DNA of 34,881 nucleotides, taken from positions 1-34,881 of the forward strand of contig JAADCW010000009.1 of the NCBI GenBank assembly GCA_013154225.1, in the 5' to 3' direction. This document shows, one piece after another, positions 1 through 12,251 of the stretch (positions within the stretch are counted from its first letter, which is position 1; the number at the start of each line of letters is the position of its first letter). A program made the position numbers and the translations under genes. The notes below the pieces were generated by a model. The model was given only the letters and a program-made list of their open reading frames with translations. It was not told the origin of the DNA and did not search any database. This DNA is from Chloroflexota bacterium. GTDB lineage: Bacteria > Chloroflexota > Anaerolineae > Anaerolineales > DRMV01.

Positions 1-670
<670 letters not shown>

Positions 671-706
671 GTGGTGGCGGGCGAAAGGGGGCACGCGTGG
701 AGCGAG

Positions 707-739
707 AAAAAACTGGCGCTGTCGTCACGACAGCGCCAG
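707..739 (-). terminator. rho-independent terminator of rpoC
   Basis: A perfect 12-bp stem, ctggcgctgtcg (713..724) with cgacagcgccag (728..739), has a 3-nt loop. On the minus strand it is followed by a T6 run (712..707), 26 nt after the rpoC stop. Confidence 0.8.
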
Positions 740-764
740 TGGGTTTCAGGTGAGGGGGTGTTCG

Positions 765-5105
<4,341 letters not shown>

Positions 5106-5290
5106 GCAACAGCCTCCTGAAAATAGCGGTCGGCAAAACGGATTGGCCCTTAGCCCCCTGGTGTGAATTATTGGGAGTGTTTTTCGCTTGCGAAGGTGTA
5201 TAGACACATAAAAGCAAGCGCTTTGAGAATTCCCGCTCTCAAGCGCTCGCTCAAGCGTTTTTGCTCCGCTATTCCTCGCATGTTGCCCAC

Positions 5291-5319
5291 ATTATAACAA
5301 AAGGGGCAGGGGGCGGCAA
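5291..5319 (-). promoter_or_regulatory. strong sigma-70 promoter for rpoC (extended -10)
   Basis: The minus strand reads TTGCCG (5319..5314), a 17-nt spacer, then TGT-TATAAT (5299..5291). It begins only about 15 nt after the stop of the upstream kinase gene and predicts a roughly 180-nt rpoC leader. Confidence 0.6.
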
Positions 5320-5333
5320 GGTTTTTGATAATA

Positions 5334-8300
5334 TCAGACGTCTTCTTTGGGTTGGCGCAAGGGTAGTTGGATGAAGAAGGTGCTCCCTTGGCGAAGTTGG
5401 CTTTCGACCCAAATGCGGCCATGATGACGCTCGACAATGGATTTGACAATGGAAAGCCCCAGGCCGGTGCCTTTTTCTTTGGGCTGGTCTCGGCGCACGA
5501 CGCGGAAGAATTTTTCAAACAGGCGGGGTTGGTCCAGCGGGGAGATGCCCACGCCGGTATCGCTCACGCCCAGGATGATGCCGGTGTCGCCCGCGGGTTT
5601 GGCAAAAATGGTGACCGTGCCACCTTCGGGGGTGTATTTGATGGCGTTGTCCACCAGGTTGTGGAGGGCGCGATCCAGCAAAACCGGGTCGGCTTCAACC
5701 AGGGGGGGCGCGTCGGGCGCGATGTCGGTGCGCAGGGTGATGTGTTTTTGCTGGGCGCGGGGTTGCCAGCGTTTGGTGATGTCTTCGATGACATCCAGCA
5801 CTGAGACGAGTTGCGGCTGCAAGCCTACCCCGGCTTCGATGCGTCCCAGGTCCAGCAGGTTGTTGACCAGTTGGGTCATGTCTTCCACGCCCTGCTGGAT
5901 TTGCTGGATGTAACGCTTTTGGCGTTCGTTGAGTTCGCCGACCATTTCCAGCATGGTGATGTAGCCCCGCATGAGGGTCAGCGGTGCGCGCAGGTCGTGG
6001 CTGACGGTGGCGACGAATTCAGATTTCAGCGCGTCCAGTTCTTTGAAGTGGGTGACGTCGCGGAGGATGCAAACGCGCCCGACTTCGTGATGGCTGGTGC
6101 GCACGCTGGCCACGGTGGCGAAATACACCCGGCCGTTGAGGGTGATTTCTGCGGAGTAGGGCGGCGGGTCTTTGCGGCGAAGCAGTTGGATGAGGTCTTC
6201 GGTTTGGATGGCTTCTTCCAGGGGGAGGTTGAGCTGCCGCTGGATGGGAAGTTGTTCAAACGCGGCCGCGTTGGCCAGGATGAGGCGTTCCTGGTTGTCG
6301 GTCACCAGGATGGGATCGGGCGAAGCATTGATGACCGCGGTGAGCCGTTGATGGCGCACTTCGGCCATGAAGTAGAGGCGGGCGGTGTAGGCGGCCATTG
6401 CCATTTGCATGGCCAGGGTGCTGATGTAGCGCACCTCTTCGTCGGTGAAGGTGTGCGGGGTGTTGTAGATCAGGTAGAGCACGCCCAGGAAGCGCTGTTC
6501 GTATTGAAGGGCAACGGCCAGAATGGCTTTGGGCGGCGTTATGCCCGAGGGCATTTGCAGGGTGGTGCTGTGTTCCAGGTTGGTCAGCCGCAGGGGCGAA
6601 CGGCTGCGCACCAGGGGCAGAATTTGCGGATCCAGGCTTTGGTAGCGATCTGCATCAAGCCCTTTGCCAAAGTGCAAGGGATAGTCGTCGTTCCAGTCGT
6701 CGGGCAGTGCCTCGGGGGAAAGGGCTACGCGCGCCACGGTCGCGCCGCTGGCAAGCGCGGCTTCCAGGACCGCTTGGGCGGCATCTTCAACCCGCAGAGA
6801 GGCGGCCACGCGCTGGCTGGTTTGCAGAAGGCGGTTGAGTTCGTCCATGCGTTTGCGCAACCGCTGACGCATGTTCTCAAAGGCCTGCCCCAACTGGCCT
6901 ACTTCGTCCATGCTGTTGATTTCCAGGGCATGATCTAACTGCCCGCTGGCCAGGGATTCTGTGGCCTGGGTGAGTTCCCGCAGGGAGCGGGTGAGGCGGC
7001 GCAGTAACAGCCCGGTGATGCCAACGCCTACCAACGAGAGCATCAACACCCATAAAGTGAGGGGCCAGGCGTTGTTGAGGGCGATTTCCTGCAGGTTGCG
7101 GGCTGGCGCGGCAACGACAATGAGCCACGATGAGCCTACGGCCTGGGTGGTGTAGGCGAGGTAGCGTTCACCAAGGGCGCTGTGAATGTCAGCAGGCCCC
7201 AGTTTGTCGTTGCTGATGGCGGTTTCCATCCACTGCATGTCAGGGGCCGTGGCGTAGAGGATCTGGTGTTCGTTGTCTAAGATGAGCGCGCCGCCGCCAA
7301 TGTTGGAGAGGGTGGCCAGCCCTTTGACGATGGGTTCGGCATAAGGGTTGTTGCCCAGGGAAGCACGCCCGATGAGGAAGCGCGGTTCTGGGGGCGCCTC
7401 TTGGTTTTGGCCTTGCAAGTTTTGATCTTGTGGAAGCGGTAAGGACGCCGCGAAGACCACCAGGGCCTTTTTGACGCCTGAACTGGTTTCGGAGGCGTCT
7501 GCAGGCGCGGGCGCGGTTACGGTCAGGTGTGTGGCAATGGGCGCGTCTTGCATCTCGTTCGATGCAAGGAAGTGGAGGACGTACATGCGCTCAGGGGCAA
7601 GCAGGGTTTCGTTGGGCGGGTAGGAGGCAATGGTATTCCCCTGTGCGTCCACCAACAACATTTCGTTGAAGAAGAAGCTTTCGGTAAGGAGTTGATGCAG
7701 GTATTCGTTGAGTTGGGGGGAGGGTTCCTGCCACAGCGCTTCATCGTGGGCTAATTTACGGATGAGCGAATCGCCGTTTTCGGTGAAAAACGGCATGCTT
7801 TTTGCCGCGATGTTGGCTGTGCTGGAAAGCCGCTCGGTGAGCATTTCCCTGGCCGACCGTTGGGCCATGACCCAGTTGCCGAGCAAAATCCCGATAACCA
7901 CAGCGCCCATGATGCCGGCCATGACCACCAGGAATTTGTAATGCAAGGAGCGGCTCCAGGAAGAAAGGCGGGCTGGGCCGTGATAGCCCCACAGGTGCTT
8001 TTGTTTGTCGTGGGCTATTTGAGCCACTACGCCCGCAATCAGGAGTTCGATGAATTTGTAAAGGGTGAAAATGCCAATGTGGCTGAAGGCGTAATCTACT
8101 CGGGCGGCCAAGGGAGAGTTGCCCAAGGTGAGCACGCCAAAGATAAAAAGGAAGGGGTAAATCGCGGTGAGGAGCACCGCGGCAATGAGCGGTTGGCGGA
8201 TTAAACGGTAGAAACGCTCTCGATATGGTTGCCAGATTGCCCAGCCAAACAGCAGGGCTAAAACGGCTTGCACAAAAGGCTCAAAGGTTAAATGGCTTCC

Positions 8301-8654
8301 CCAAATGCCGACCACGCTGCCGCTGATGAGCGCGAGGATGACCGCCGGCCCTGTGCCAAGGAAGCCCGCGGCCAGCATCCATGTCAGCGAGGCAAAGGGC
8401 ACCAAAACTGGGACGGCTTCACCCAAGGGCGCGATGGTAGAACTGGGGCGGAAAAAGCCCCCCAAGGCGGCCAGCAAGGGGGTTAGGGCGAGCAGGACCA
8501 CGAACGCGGCTGCATGCGGCGCACGCCAGCGAGGATGTTGTGCACGGGCTTGGTAGATCAGACCCCCTAAAATCAGTATCCAAACTAACAGGAGGAGCCC
8601 GTTACTGAACGGCAGGAAGTAAGCGGTGCGGGAGAAAAGCCATTGCATGGTCAT
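5334..8654 (-). CDS. multi-TM sensor histidine kinase (N-terminal polytopic region, extracytoplasmic Cache-like region, HAMP, GAF, PAS, HisKA, HATPase_c)
   Basis: The ORF is 5334..8705. It carries the H-box FVATVSHDLRAPL, the N-box LHNLVDNAIKYT, G1 DTGVGI and G2 GTGLGLSIV. The HAMP-like segment is RLTRSLRELTQATESLASGQLDHALEINSMDEVGQLGQAFENM. I moved the start to the ATG at 8654 (MTMQWLF; 8648 is also possible) because promoter-like elements occupy 8667..8704. No response regulator is adjacent. Confidence 0.85.
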   Translation of the reverse strand: MTMQWLFSRTAYFLPFSNGLLLLVWILILGGLIYQARAQHPRWRAPHAAAFVVLLALTPLLAALGGFFRPSSTIAPLGEAVPVLVPFASLTWMLAAGFLGTGPAVILALISGSVVGIWGSHLTFEPFVQAVLALLFGWAIWQPYRERFYRLIRQPLIAAVLLTAIYPFLFIFGVLTLGNSPLAARVDYAFSHIGIFTLYKFIELLIAGVVAQIAHDKQKHLWGYHGPARLSSWSRSLHYKFLVVMAGIMGAVVIGILLGNWVMAQRSAREMLTERLSSTANIAAKSMPFFTENGDSLIRKLAHDEALWQEPSPQLNEYLHQLLTESFFFNEMLLVDAQGNTIASYPPNETLLAPERMYVLHFLASNEMQDAPIATHLTVTAPAPADASETSSGVKKALVVFAASLPLPQDQNLQGQNQEAPPEPRFLIGRASLGNNPYAEPIVKGLATLSNIGGGALILDNEHQILYATAPDMQWMETAISNDKLGPADIHSALGERYLAYTTQAVGSSWLIVVAAPARNLQEIALNNAWPLTLWVLMLSLVGVGITGLLLRRLTRSLRELTQATESLASGQLDHALEINSMDEVGQLGQAFENMRQRLRKRMDELNRLLQTSQRVAASLRVEDAAQAVLEAALASGATVARVALSPEALPDDWNDDYPLHFGKGLDADRYQSLDPQILPLVRSRSPLRLTNLEHSTTLQMPSGITPPKAILAVALQYEQRFLGVLYLIYNTPHTFTDEEVRYISTLAMQMAMAAYTARLYFMAEVRHQRLTAVINASPDPILVTDNQERLILANAAAFEQLPIQRQLNLPLEEAIQTEDLIQLLRRKDPPPYSAEITLNGRVYFATVASVRTSHHEVGRVCILRDVTHFKELDALKSEFVATVSHDLRAPLTLMRGYITMLEMVGELNERQKRYIQQIQQGVEDMTQLVNNLLDLGRIEAGVGLQPQLVSVLDVIEDITKRWQPRAQQKHITLRTDIAPDAPPLVEADPVLLDRALHNLVDNAIKYTPEGGTVTIFAKPAGDTGIILGVSDTGVGISPLDQPRLFEKFFRVVRRDQPKEKGTGLGLSIVKSIVERHHGRIWVESQLRQGSTFFIQLPLRQPKEDV

Positions 8655-8666
8655 GTCGCCTAAGGG

Positions 8667-8682
8667 TGCAAGTCGCGTGCCA
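8667..8682 (-). promoter_or_regulatory. sigma-54-type -24/-12 element (TGGCAC-N5-TTGCA) at the 5' end of the kinase gene
   Basis: The minus strand reads TGGCACgcgacTTGCA, an exact match to all 11 specified consensus positions, ending 12 nt before the ATG at 8654. Confidence 0.3.
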
Positions 8683-8695
8683 AGTAAACATTCCC

Positions 8696-8704
8696 ATTTT
8701 AACA
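8696..8704 (-). promoter_or_regulatory. extended -10 element upstream of the kinase gene
   Basis: The minus strand reads TGTTAAAAT. It overlaps the ATG of the longest ORF (8705) and would give a roughly 35-nt leader to the ATG at 8654. Confidence 0.35.
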
Positions 8705-8876
8705 TACCTCTTCGGGTTATGGTGCTCGCGGGCGGATAAAAATGGGGAACGCAGTGCTCTAAAGGGGCTCGGAAGCACAGGGAAGAAGGGGGCGCGGAGG
8801 CGTGGGATAATTCTGGGGGTTGGGCATTTTCTCCGTGGCCTCGGAGGCGGTTTTCTGCGCGAGGTTGCCCAACGCA

Positions 8877-8915
8877 AACCCGCCGCGGTGGGTTTTAGCC
8901 AGCACGCGGCGGGTT
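8877..8915 (-). terminator. possible terminator hairpin after the acyltransferase gene
   Basis: An 11-bp stem, aacccgccgcg (8877..8887) with cgcggcgggtt (8905..8915), has a 17-nt loop. On the minus strand it is followed by TTGCGTT, a weak U-tract. Confidence 0.35.
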
Positions 8916-8983
8916 GAAAACAGGTCGTGGGGTATATTGGCTGTCGGGAATGTTCTCAGGTCAGAAGGTTTTGGGCAGGGGCG

Positions 8984-9715
8984 CTAAAGCCACACAATGG
9001 TTTCCTGCGTGGCTTTGCTGAGGTCGGCATAATAGCCCCGCCGATGGGGCGGGAGCATGGCCGCCAGGATATACATGGCCTCGTCGGTCATCTGTTGCAG
9101 AAGTTTGCGGTTGGGGTTGCGCTCGGTGACGTTGAAGCGGAAAGGGCGGCCAAAGGTAATGCGCGCGCCTGGCTGCCACCAGCGCCGCGCGGTGGGAAAC
9201 GTGGGATACCCTTCGGTGTTATCCAGAGCCACAGGCACGACTGGCGATTGCGTGCGCGCGGCCAAATAGGCCATGCCCAATTTGCCCCGGATGAGGGCAG
9301 GGCTGCGGGTGCCTTCGGGCGCGATGAGCATGATTTCGTCCGCGTTGAGCACGGCCAGGGATTGCCGGATGGCCAGGAGGTCCATTTCCCCGCGCCAAAT
9401 GGGCACCACGCCCCACCAACGGGGCAAGCGGCCGATGAAAAAGTAATCCAGGGCTTCGGCTTTCATCATCGGCACGGCATCGCGTGGGCAGGCGTGCAGG
9501 GCAACCAGAGGATCAATGAAAGCAATGTGGTTGAACATAAGGATGGCGCGGCCTTCTTTGGGAATATTTTCCACACCTTCGACCGCGTCCAGCCGAGCCA
9601 GTAGTGTAAACCCCACCGTGCGCAACACCCAGCGCAAAAAGCGGCGCTTGGCGCGCCACGGACGGGGATCGTAGTGGGTGGTCCAGGGAACGTAAGATTT
9701 GGGCGTGGTGCTCAT
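8984..9715 (-). CDS. plsC: 1-acyl-sn-glycerol-3-phosphate acyltransferase family protein (PlsC-like)
   Basis: The 243-aa ORF has the acyltransferase motif I NHIAFID (HX4D) and motif III APEGTRS. Confidence 0.75.
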   Translation of the reverse strand: MSTTPKSYVPWTTHYDPRPWRAKRRFLRWVLRTVGFTLLARLDAVEGVENIPKEGRAILMFNHIAFIDPLVALHACPRDAVPMMKAEALDYFFIGRLPRWWGVVPIWRGEMDLLAIRQSLAVLNADEIMLIAPEGTRSPALIRGKLGMAYLAARTQSPVVPVALDNTEGYPTFPTARRWWQPGARITFGRPFRFNVTERNPNRKLLQQMTDEAMYILAAMLPPHRRGYYADLSKATQETIVWL

Positions 9716-9809
9716 AGGGTTTCGTATAGCCAGTTGATAAAGCGTGGGCGTGGGGTGCCACGCTCAGGAGCGGGATGCAGGGGGACGTGATGCAAAAGTG
9801 AAAAAGGCA

Positions 9810-10505
9810 TTACTCGTGCTCCGCGTCGAATTGCGCGATCAACTCCATCGCGCGTTGAAAAACCTGGTCGGCATCCAGGCCGTCGGTGTTGATGATGATG
9901 GCGTCTTCAGCCGGGCGCAGGGGGGATGCCTGGCGGTTGCGGTCCAGTTCATCGCGGTAATACACTGCCCGCAAGATTTGTTCGTAAGATGCAGGCTCCC
10001 CGCGGGCCAGGCGTTCCTTATAGCGCCGACGCGCACGCTCTTCGGGCGAGGCGTCGAGATAAATCTTCAGGTCGGCATCGGGCATAACCACGGTGCCAAT
10101 ATCTCGCCCGACCATCACCACTTTACCCCGCTGGCCAATTTCCCGCTGTTTGGCCAGCAGCGCGTGCCGCACACCCGGATGTGCAGCCACGGTCGAGACT
10201 TTGACATCCACTTCGGGGCTGTGAAGCGCCCAAGTGACATCTTCGCCATTGACCAGCACTTCGTATTTGCGGCCATCGTCCACACTGGGCGGGCGCACAT
10301 CAATGGTCAGATGGGTTGCCAGATCGGTCATGGCGTCCGCGTCTTCCACCGCGCGCCCGCGTTGCAGGGCAGCCCAGGTCACCGCGCGGTAAAGCACACC
10401 AGTATCAAAATAAAGATAGCCTAACGCTTCGGCCAGGCGTTGCGCCAGAGTAGATTTGCCAGAGGCCGCTGGGCCGTCAATGGCAATACGCTGCGGAAGG
10501 GACAT
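9810..10505 (-). CDS. cmk: cytidylate kinase
   Basis: The 231-aa ORF begins IAIDGPAASGKSTLAQRLAEALGYLYFDTGVLYRAV (P-loop) and shows Cmk-type collinearity, including MVGRDIGTVV. Confidence 0.92.
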   Translation of the reverse strand: MSLPQRIAIDGPAASGKSTLAQRLAEALGYLYFDTGVLYRAVTWAALQRGRAVEDADAMTDLATHLTIDVRPPSVDDGRKYEVLVNGEDVTWALHSPEVDVKVSTVAAHPGVRHALLAKQREIGQRGKVVMVGRDIGTVVMPDADLKIYLDASPEERARRRYKERLARGEPASYEQILRAVYYRDELDRNRQASPLRPAEDAIIINTDGLDADQVFQRAMELIAQFDAEHE

Positions 10506-10517
10506 GTTGCCTCCAAG

Positions 10518-12200
10518 TCAAGGTTGAGCTTGGGCCTGGGGGAAGAGGTCTTCCCTCGCCCATAAGATAACACTCGAACCCCCAGAAGGATGCTGTCGGA
10601 AAGCCAGCCAGCGCATCACAGCCCGCGCGTCGCCCAGGGGCCACAAAGGCGCGGCTGTGAGGGTGAAGTCTTGTCCGTAATAAGCGGTTTCAGTCTGGGA
10701 GGGGGTAAAGCCTTCAGGGGTAAGGATGGCTTCGGGATGTTCATCAGGCAGGAGGGCCAAGGCTTGACGGGCGTTGCTCAAATTGTGGAAAGCCCACGCG
10801 GTGGCTTTACTGCCTGTCAGGTCCACGAGTTGCAGGGCATCTCGACGGCCGTGGTGCCACAACCCCAAATCACCCACGGTTTGCTGAAGCAGGCGCATCT
10901 GGGCTGTGGTGGCGTGGGGATACCAGAGTTCTGCCTCGCGCGGGCCGTTGACCACGCGCATCGTAGCGGCCCACAGCAAGGCAACGCCTGCCAGTGTCAG
11001 TCCCCACGTCAGCCCGCCCCAGGCTTCCCGCCACGAACGCCCGACATCGCGCCACGAAATGGCCATCAGGCCGCTGACCACCACAAGCAGACCCAGGCTG
11101 ACCAACCCCAAAATCAGATTGAGGCGTGCGGTGGGGATGTTGGGCGCCGCGTTCCCCCAGGCCAGGAAATTGAACCAGGCAAAGGAGAGAATAGCCAAGG
11201 CCACTGCGGTTTGCCAGCCCAAATCTTTGGGGTGGGAAGTGGGCAACTGAGCTAACGCCCACGCGGCCACGCCCCACAATGGTATCAGCACCCAGACCAG
11301 GTCTTGGGGGGAGCGGCCAGGGTAGAACATGATGAGCAGGGCCGCACTCAGCGCGAGCCAGCCCAGCAGGGCAGGGAACGCGGCGCGGCGGTGGCCGGCC
11401 AAAGCCGCGCCGATGAGCCCTGCGCCCACAGCCAAAGGCGCGTAGGCGACCAACGCCAGCCCCAACAGGGCCAGGGGCGCGGCCTGCAGGGCCAGCAGCC
11501 CTCGGCCAAAGGCCAGCAGGCTGTTGAAAACCGCGCCAAAGCCTTCAGGGGCCCAAAAAGCCAAACTGCCCCCGAAAACCAGCACGCTCAGCGCCAGCCC
11601 AGCGCCCTGGCGGGCTTCCGCGGCCGAAAAGGGAATCCGAATTTCGTGGCCTGCAACCCGATAAAGGGCCAGCCCAAGCCCCAGGCTCAACAGCCCCAGC
11701 CAGAACGTGGGCCCCAAGAGCATCCCTGCCGCGGCCAGGGGAAGCGCCCAGCGCCAGCGGTTATGGGCCGCGGCCAACACCGCGGCGGTGAGGGCCAATG
11801 CCGCGGGAATGGGGCTGTTGGCCACCCGGGAGAGGGCCACCAACCCGGGATCCAAAGCCAGGGCAAAAGCCAGAATCAGCGCGCCGCGGCGACCCAAATA
11901 GGGCCGCAGGGGCCAGGCCAGCAAGGGGAGCAATCCGCCCAGAAGGGCTGGCACCAGGCGGGCAATCGCGTCGGTGCTGCCGAGCAAGAAGAAAGCCAGG
12001 CCGGTCAGCGCGGTCAGCAAAGGCGCTGAACCTAACGTGGTGGGGTGCCGCGCGGCAACATCCAGCGCCTGCAGCGCCAGTTGGGCTTCCTCTTCGCTCA
12101 AAGGGGCTTGCCCCAAATGCCACAACCGCACCCCAAAAGCCAGGGCAACGGCCGCGCCGTAGAGCAAGTGTTCCGTCGAAATGTGAGATGAGGTTTTCAT
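10518..12200 (-). CDS. polytopic membrane protein, GT-C / TIGR03663-like (PMT/ArnT-like) with a C-terminal soluble domain
   Basis: The 560-aa ORF has at least 10 hydrophobic segments. The first loop reads LGQAPLSEEEAQLAL, followed by LGSTDAIARLVPALLGG. This resembles the DE...G-s-D..aRl.pal.G pattern of PMT_2/ArnT-type glycosyltransferases, but with EE in place of DE. The gene starts 51 nt after the upstream gene ends, and cmk starts 12 nt after this gene. Confidence 0.6.
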   Translation of the reverse strand: MKTSSHISTEHLLYGAAVALAFGVRLWHLGQAPLSEEEAQLALQALDVAARHPTTLGSAPLLTALTGLAFFLLGSTDAIARLVPALLGGLLPLLAWPLRPYLGRRGALILAFALALDPGLVALSRVANSPIPAALALTAAVLAAAHNRWRWALPLAAAGMLLGPTFWLGLLSLGLGLALYRVAGHEIRIPFSAAEARQGAGLALSVLVFGGSLAFWAPEGFGAVFNSLLAFGRGLLALQAAPLALLGLALVAYAPLAVGAGLIGAALAGHRRAAFPALLGWLALSAALLIMFYPGRSPQDLVWVLIPLWGVAAWALAQLPTSHPKDLGWQTAVALAILSFAWFNFLAWGNAAPNIPTARLNLILGLVSLGLLVVVSGLMAISWRDVGRSWREAWGGLTWGLTLAGVALLWAATMRVVNGPREAELWYPHATTAQMRLLQQTVGDLGLWHHGRRDALQLVDLTGSKATAWAFHNLSNARQALALLPDEHPEAILTPEGFTPSQTETAYYGQDFTLTAAPLWPLGDARAVMRWLAFRQHPSGGSSVILWAREDLFPQAQAQP

Positions 12201-12251
12201 AGCGTTTGTTCGCGTGCCAAACAGGCCTGAGCGGGCGTATGCTTCAGGGCG

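Noticed and set aside
5106-5207. N-terminal extensions of the longest ORFs. These affect rpoC (5106..5207), the 735-aa GT-C gene (21873..22094), aspS (24794..24811), the cyclase (24906..24938), the 205-aa gene (27503..27562), the zinc-ribbon gene (27689..27712) and the CBS gene (34655..34705).
   Set aside because: In each case an internal start codon is preceded by a strong GGAGG-type SD at 5-9 nt and coincides with the conserved protein N-terminus. The extension has odd composition or overlaps the upstream gene or a promoter.
5168-5209. A 13-codon upstream ORF ([13 protein letters not shown]) inside the rpoC leader hairpin.
   Set aside because: It has no SD, no feature of a regulatory leader peptide and no evidence of conservation. 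It is most likely a fortuitous ATG within the structured leader.
8751-8761. AGTGCTCTAAA occurs upstream of the kinase and again, on the opposite strand, upstream of groES (33009..33019), hinting at a shared operator.
   Set aside because: A single shared 11-mer is within chance expectation for all-against-all comparison in 35 kb. There is no palindromic partner at either site.
12210-12220. The 11-mer TTGGCACGCGA just upstream of the 560-aa membrane protein gene is shared with the kinase sigma-54-like site (8673..8683). Other TGGCAC words occur inside genes, for example near 1158, 5605, 9757, 13727, 16030 and 19803.
   Set aside because: None has TTGC at the -12 position; at 12210 the sequence continues CAAAC. 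Shared 11-mers are expected by chance hundreds of times in a window of this size.
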